A stretch of DNA of 64,000 nucleotides from a virus (taxonomy: Duplodnaviria; Heunggongvirae; Uroviricota; Caudoviricetes): the IMG/VR virus record IMGVR_UViG_3300018080_000114; one strand, written 5' to 3'. The translations under genes and the position numbers were made by a program. Each line of letters starts with the position of its first letter. Position 1 is the stretch's first letter. Under the pieces are notes generated by a model. The model searched no databases. It was given only the letters and a program-made list of their open reading frames with translations, and was not told the DNA's origin. Below, one piece after another: positions 57,668 through 64,000 of the stretch.

Positions 57668-59460
57668 TTAGGTGTAAGCTGAAACCCTTTGAGGAGCTGA
57701 GATATGGAACTTGACCGACTGGCACTGACGATCACAGAAGAGGATCTACAGGGCAGGGATCAGGTGTGGATCAAGCTGGCGGGTGGCAATCATGTCCATC
57801 TGACGCTGCACAAGCACAACTTCCGGATCGTGGCGTGGGTGGGTCAGTCGTGGAGTAAGTTGGTTAAGAAGATGTATCGATATCGGTGTGAGGGCTGAAC
57901 GATGAGTATCGTAGACTGCATGTTGGTTGCAGCTGCCATAGCGTTTGTGGAATTCTACGCCGTGATGCATAGAGGCGTGCTTGGAGTAAGAGATGAGGCT
58001 GTACCACAATGCTTGGTCTAACTGTAGGAAGAATTGGGATGCAAGGGATGTGCAGATGGTCGATGAGGCTATCGAGGATCGAGGACCTTCCTACGCTATG
58101 GCATATTCAGGCTTGCTGGCAAAGAGCTTGTTGGAGAAGGGAATCATTGAGGGGCGGTCTCCCAAGTCTGTGAAGTGGAAAATTCGTGAGAGGGCTCAGA
58201 GGAGGATGAACGATGAGCTGTTGTGATGGTTGGAAGTATCGAGATGACGAGGTCAATGGGATCTGTCCTGAGTGTGGAGGTCCTACCGTGGATGGTGAGG
58301 CGCAGCAGGGTTGCAACTATTCTCCTGTCGAGTGCAAGACCTGCGGTGATGCTCCCTGTGATTTGTCCTGTTAGGGGAAGGTGATGAGTTGTTTTGCGGA
58401 TACACAAGCAGTGGTCGAGCGGGATGCCGTGGGGCGATCTCGGATCTTTGATGTAGGAGCTGAGTCATGCTGAAGCCCGAAGAGCGACAGACAATCATGG
58501 ACAATATCGTAGCATTGTCGGATGAGGAAGCTGTGAGCTACCTGATCTCCTACGCAAGCAATGCTGGGGACTTTGATCGGGGCTGGCACATCATGCAGCT
58601 GCTGCGGACTGACGTGCTGGCTCGAATGAAGAAGGGGCAGTGATGTACGTTCACGGAGAGTATGACGAACATGGGATGCGGATCTACGTAGGTTCTGAGT
58701 GTGTGGCTGAGTACCATTCCGATGAGCCTGAGGATGTGGAAGAGAATCGCAGCCTGTGTCTACAAGAGGGCCAGGAGACAGCGGAGGAAAAGGGTCTGCC
58801 GTGGTCCGGTTGCCATTATGTGGGGATGCCTGATGGAGAATTTATGGTGTGAGAAATGTGGAGCGCCGGTGGTGGCAACCAAGGTGAGAGATATAATCTC
58901 GGTGAAGCCATGCGGGAACTGTCTGCGGATTGCGATACGTGAGGCGGTGAAGGCTGGACGATTGGCAGCTATCGCGGAGTACGGTCTTGAGGGGGATTCC
59001 AAATGATGGTGTGGATCGTGTCAACAGATGGCTACTGGGATGGTGCGATTCGGGGCCGGTGTGCGAAGGATGCCGAGGGTGTCAAGAGGATCGTCACCGA
59101 GCAACGTGAGATCGGCTTCCTGGCCAAGGTCCGGAATATCGAGGTGGACTTTGAGAACCGGAAGGTGCTCTTCGAGGAGGCTCCACGGTGGGTTGATTTG
59201 GACGATGAGCAGTGGTGGGGCCAGCTGGTGTATGAGCTGATTCCGATAGATGTGATGGGAGCGGACGATGAAGTGTCCTAGGTGCAACAAGGTGGTGGAT
59301 ATTGACATTCCAATGCGGAATGCGGAGAATTATGGGAGCCACTTGTACATACTCAGATGCGAGCACTGTGAGGGCCTGTACAGTACGTACATCTCTCGCA
59401 CGGTATCGGCGCATGATCCGGAGATGGTGAATGATCCGGATGCGATTCCTGATTTTTGAT

Positions 59461-59488
59461 TTGCATTCTCTCCAGGATGGCGTATACT
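59461..59488 (+). promoter_or_regulatory. Sigma70-like promoter
   Basis: TTGCAT-N16-TATACT followed by TTAGG. Confidence 0.75.
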
Positions 59489-61446
59489 TTAGGTGTACAT
59501 TAATCCTTTGAGGAGATGTGTGATGGCAACTGAGACCGCAACCGAATGTCGAATCTGTGGTGCAGAGCTGTGCAAGCCTGGAGACAGCGTTGCCCTGCAA
59601 CTGTGCCAGAGGCACGAGCAGCAAGAGCGGACGAGGCTCTATGAGGCCCAGAAGGCTGAGCGGCATAGTGCTTCGGAGCGAGACAATCTCCTGGAGTGTG
59701 TTCGCAAGCTGCTGGACTGTGGGTTCCGTGAGAATGGTGGCTGGTTCGCTTGTCGTCCGAATGACGATGACCTGGACTACGCAGCTGAGGTGTTGAAGCA
59801 GGCGACTGGGGAGGTGCGCTAAGATGGCTGGTAACGACATTGCGACAATCACGGTGAACGGCAAAGAGTCGAAGATGCAGGTGGCTACGTTGCTGAGTCT
59901 CTTGAACGGAGCTGCGTGCCACAATATCGATCATCAGAGGGAAGAGGAGGCTAAGACTCTGGGCGAGCTGACTGCTCACAAGGGCCTGGAGGAAGAGAAC
60001 GTCCGCAATGCTCTGATGAACCTCAGGCACTTCGAGGAAGAGCTGGAGCTGATCGAGTCCATCAAGACTGAACTGGGGATCGGGAGGTAGTCATGCCTTA
60101 CGTCAACATGAAGAAGCTGATCACTGAGGTGGCCAAGTCGCGTGGTTGGGCGATGGTTCCTGAGGGAATCACCAAGAAGATCGATGACCGGGGAGCTGGG
60201 ATGTTCGGGATCTCCATGAAGGGTGTGGAGTCGGTTGTCTCTGAGCTGAAGGTGGGCGACAGTCTCGATGAGCTGAAGGGCGGGATCGCGGAGGCTCTGG
60301 ACCGGATGGAGGGCAGCTTCGTCCTGCTGTCCATGGGCTATGAGATCTACGAGGAGGATGACGATGGACAAGTTGGACAAGATAGTTGAGGCCATAGAGG
60401 AGCTGGGAGCGGCGCGTAGGGCATCTGATGAGTATCCGAACTGTGCGGCCTCTCAGCGGAACCTGGAGACGAGCAGAGAGGAGCTGAAGTGGCTTCTTGA
60501 GGAGGTGTTGGACTGATGGCCAAGTACAGGATCATCATGGAGTGTCCATACAGTCAGATGAAGGTGACTAGGGCCATTGCAGATCTGTGCAATGGGACAC
60601 TCTTTGTCGGGCGTTTGGATGGGACCGATGAGGTCCAGGATCGATTTGATCATACGGTGGCTACTATTGAGGAGATCGAAGATGAGAGCTAAGGCATTTC
60701 TGTGTGTTCTGGTTCTACTGGTGGCGATGGTGTTGGTGGGCTGTGATGGCAGACCGAATAAGACTGCCCAGTACCAGGAGGGCCAGCAGGTGCAGGTGAA
60801 GATCTCTGGGGTTGAGGGGATGGTCATCGGTGTGTATCCGAAGAAGGACTGTGTGAAGTACAAGGTGAAGGTGTACGTAGAAAGCGACATACTCCCGTTC
60901 TACCAGAATCAGTGGTACAAGGAATATGAGCTGAAATTGGTTCAGGAGGATGAACAATGAGTAGTTGGATCAAGTATCAGTGTTGGATCATCGTGATTCG
61001 TCTGTTGCTTAGCATTGAGATCGGGCTGCATGGGCGAAACCGGGAGGCGGTCCCTGGCACTATCGATAAGGCCGAGAACCTTCTGGAGCTGCTTGGGCGA
61101 CGGCAGAATGAGTTGGGCAAGGACATTGCACGGAATACTGCGGAGGACGAGAAATGACACGCAGATTGAAATGGATCGTGGTCATGGTCGTGGCGATCAT
61201 GATCATGGTGACTGGCTTCTTTGTGGTCATCGACAGCAAACCATCGCCCAAGCCCCTGTTCAAAGTGGGGCAGACTGTGGAGATGCGGTTTGGTACGGAT
61301 CAGGGTCTGGTCATGAAGGTGGGCCGGAGCTTGGGAGGCGATTATATCTACCATGTGAAGTTCTACTACAAGAATGGAACTGAGCAGGTTCGGAAGTACA
61401 AGGGTATTGAATTGGAGTTGCCGAGGCCGAGGAAATGAGGTGAAGG

Positions 61447-61740
61447 ATGAAGGTGAAGAGCATAGAGTACGATGGGGCATATCCAAACCTGTGCAGCGGA
61501 ACGCTGAAGGTGGTGACCAGCATCGGTCTGCCTCTCGTGGAGAAGGTGTGGGTGTTCCCTGATTTCTGCCTGAGTTCAGGTGGGAGTGTGTGGTTCGATG
61601 ATGAATGGGATGAGCACGTGGAGTATGGTGATTGGACCGTGACTGACTGGCCTAAGGATTTCCCTGAGGAGCTGAAGGAAGCCGTAGAGGAGATGGTGAA
61701 TCAGGAGATACCACAGGGCTGTTGTGGAGGTTGCATATGA
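61447..61740 (+). CDS. Small phage protein with C-terminal CCGGC
   Basis: YDG.YPNLCSG.L...N.EIP.GCCGGC. Confidence 0.7.
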   Translation: MKVKSIEYDGAYPNLCSGTLKVVTSIGLPLVEKVWVFPDFCLSSGGSVWFDDEWDEHVEYGDWTVTDWPKDFPEELKEAVEEMVNQEIPQGCCGGCI

Positions 61741-62395
61741 TACTGTACGGTGTGTACAAGAACATAGACATGACAGAGGGGCGTGGGCCGATGGTGCTGG
61801 AGTCCTTGTGGTTCAGCAAGGAGAAAGCTGTGAAGCGCATCCAGAAGATCTCTGGTGTGGACAAGCCCCATGGTATTGGAAATCAGGAGTGGTATGGCAG
61901 CTTTCATTATATCAAGGAGCTGCACACAGCGGATGAACTGTCTGGGTTCGTGGTTCCTGGTGTCGTGCCTGGGGTGGAGAAGTACAAGGCAGATTTCTTG
62001 TGGCCACATGAGGATGGGACTGTCGAGGAAGCGGGCTATGAGTTCGCCAATGCTCGGACAGAGGAGTACCGTCAGAATTGGTGGAGGTGCTTGGTGGCAC
62101 GTGTGACTTTGGAGGCGAGGCATGGCTAAGATCAAAGTGATTCTACCCGCAAGTGAAGTCCCGGACAAGTCGAAGGTCTACAAGCCAGCTGGGAAGAAGT
62201 GGTACAGACTCCTGACTGAGCTGAAGATCTATGCGACGGATAGCAAGGTGAATGTCGAGTATCCGGAGGGTTCGGTGTTCCTGCATGATGAGCACGGGCG
62301 CATCAACATGATCGGCGGTGATGAGCAGCTGGTTCTGGTGTTCGAGGACTATCTGGAGGCGGCAAAGTTTTTTGCAGAAAAAGCTGAATGCGACC

Positions 62396-62423
62396 TTGTA
62401 CCTTAGCAGATCTGTGGTATACT
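62396..62423 (+). promoter_or_regulatory. Sigma70-like promoter
   Basis: TTGTAC-N16-TATACT followed by TTAGG. Confidence 0.7.
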
Positions 62424-63185
62424 TTAGGTAGCAATGGTGCTGTTCCAGGAGTGTGTTATGACTCTTCAACTTCATGATGTTCGGCGGGTAGCTCACAAGG
62501 TGGGGCTTGTGGTGCTTGAGCGTGGGGACGGGAAGCTTCTCGTGACCAACGGCGGCACACCCAAGCATCTCCGTGAGAAGCTCGTGGATACCCTGGAGGA
62601 GGCTCTGGAGCTGGTGCTGGCAGAGCGGAACGGTCGAACGCCTATACTTGAGGAGAACCACTGATGGCAACGAGAAAGACGATTGTGGTCGATGACGTGG
62701 TGGAGATCGTGAACGAGATGCTGGCGGCAAGCACGTGCAGTCCGGAGACTCGTCGTGGGATGATCGCGGTCCTTCACGAGGTTCTACACAGGACCGATAA
62801 CTATGATGGGTTTCGTTACCTGTCTAAGTTCGATCTGCCGGATGATGTGCTGCCCGGCATCGTGTGGGAAGGTGAGGGAGAGAATCGAACGTCAAGCTAC
62901 CCAGATGACACGAGACGTCAGTATGGGTGCAAGCATGTGCGCTTGGATGCGAATCGTAGGGCACGGAAGGCTGAGCGTGAACGTGAGGCTTTGGCAAGGA
63001 GAATTTGATGGCGAAGGACAAGAAGAAAGTTCAGGGTGCAACGTACTGTCGTCCGGAGATGAAGGGCAAGTGTAAGGCTCAGCGCACGAGCACGAAGTAC
63101 TGTCCGGACTGTAAGCTGCGGGTTCGCGGCGCAAACCATGCACAGGGAAGTCATCACAACCAGCATCGAGTGTAGGGAGAATGTG

Positions 63186-63881
63186 ATGGGCACGAGAAAT
63201 TTGACATGTGTGGTTCTGAACGACGAATGTGTCGTGGCACAGTATTGCCAGTGGGATGGGTATCCCAGCGGCCAGGGTGTGGAGATCCTGAATTTCCTGC
63301 GTGAGAGGTTTGATCGGGCCAAGTTCCTGGAGCAGTTGGAGCTGGTGGAAGGGATCACTGAGAAGCAACTGATGCAGTTCTATCGGGAAGCTGGTGACGA
63401 CCGTGATGATGAGCTGGTGGATCTGGACGTGTCGAATCGATTCCGGCGACGGTTCCCTCAGTTGAATCGGGATATGGGCGGTGACATTCTGGAGTTCATC
63501 CAGGGGTTCCCAGACACGTTGAACTGTGCTGTGGAGAAGGACGAGGAGAAGAGCTGGTATACTCCTCCGTCGAAGCTGGATGGTGAGGACGATCTGCCGA
63601 GCGCCTTCGATGCGATGGGCGGTAAGATCCTGGTGCAAAACAGTCAGGAATTCGCCAAAGACGGCCTGTTCTGCGAGTTCGCCTATGTCCTGGATCTGGA
63701 CAAGAATGTGCTGGAAGTCTACGAGGGCTTCAACAGGGGCGAGCCTGGGCGGTTTGGTAATGAGGCTAACGAGGATGGCTACAAGCCTGTGGGTTTGATC
63801 AAGACGTACAGTTTGGATGACCTTCCGGATGAGGAAACGTTCCTCTCTGATCTGGAAGAAAACGAGGAAGACGATGGATAA
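63186..63881 (+). CDS. Conserved hypothetical phage protein
   Basis: MGTR...QY.QWDGYPSG.G...EFAYVLDLD motif set. Confidence 0.75.
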   Translation: MGTRNLTCVVLNDECVVAQYCQWDGYPSGQGVEILNFLRERFDRAKFLEQLELVEGITEKQLMQFYREAGDDRDDELVDLDVSNRFRRRFPQLNRDMGGDILEFIQGFPDTLNCAVEKDEEKSWYTPPSKLDGEDDLPSAFDAMGGKILVQNSQEFAKDGLFCEFAYVLDLDKNVLEVYEGFNRGEPGRFGNEANEDGYKPVGLIKTYSLDDLPDEETFLSDLEENEEDDG

Positions 63882-64000
63882 GCGATTCGTCAATGCGTGC
63901 CATCGTGCCCAAGATTTCCTGAACAAAACTGGGCGGCTGGCGTATGTGTACTACTGTAAGAGCGCCAGGCGGTTTGAGGTTCACGTTGAGCCGCCTCCCA

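Larger units (their letters stand above)
2919..62382 (+). repeat. Dispersed 14-bp quasi-palindrome TTTTTNYAGAAAAA (about 13 copies)
   Basis: Copies at 2919, 12605, 15414, 18364, 27675, 29375, 41105, 47164, 47441, 49203, 53891, 57105 (reverse-like) and 62369. Confidence 0.7.
57389..63008 (+). other. Accessory region of more than 20 small hypothetical genes (probably early/host-takeover)
   Basis: Dense short + strand ORFs with RBSs, punctuated by sigma70-like promoters. Confidence 0.65.

Noticed and set aside
2507-63984. Numerous long minus-strand ORFs in the ORF track (e.g. 35788-36819, 39878-40858, 42435-43451, 62892-63926)
   Set aside because: They are antisense shadows of well-supported + strand genes, His/Leu/Pro-rich and without RBSs or motifs.
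1-64000. CRISPR array, integrase or transposase
   Set aside because: No regularly spaced repeat-spacer units and no recognisable recombinase or transposase motifs were seen.
1-64000. Stop-codon reassignment
   Set aside because: Genes are full length under the standard code, with TAA, TAG and TGA all used as coupled stops; no suppressor tRNA was found.

Overview
This 64 kb window is part of a large tailed dsDNA bacteriophage genome (Caudoviricetes-like), with no host housekeeping operons. Almost everything from 2.5 kb onward is on the + strand. A short leftward arm (1-2.4 kb) carries a Toprim/TopoVI-A-like gene and a mini sigma factor. Main blocks: (i) an array of 20 tRNA genes without encoded CCA (2.97-7.57 kb), interleaved with small ORFs and several non-tRNA structured RNAs; (ii) DNA ligase and RNA-repair genes (cyclic-phosphate-processing receiver domain, SPFH protein, RtcB, ATP-dependent RNA ligase); (iii) replication/recombination genes (HTH initiator-like protein, DnaB-like and SNF2-like helicases, primase, methyltransferase, clamp, UDG-fused family A polymerase, clamp loader, SSB, RecA, RuvC-like resolvase, split SbcC plus SbcD); (iv) terminase, a second sigma factor and nucleotide-metabolism genes; (v) an isolated portal gene, a LamG virion protein and many small hypothetical genes. 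The most unusual signals are non-coding: a circularly permuted tRNA mimic resembling YrlA Y RNA, a 184-nt tRNA-like RNA with two anticodon-loop-like hairpins, three further folded RNAs in the tRNA array, a 14-bp quasi-palindrome (TTTTTNYAGAAAAA) scattered even inside genes, and two distinct promoter classes. All assignments come from motif recognition by eye; no database searches were run.
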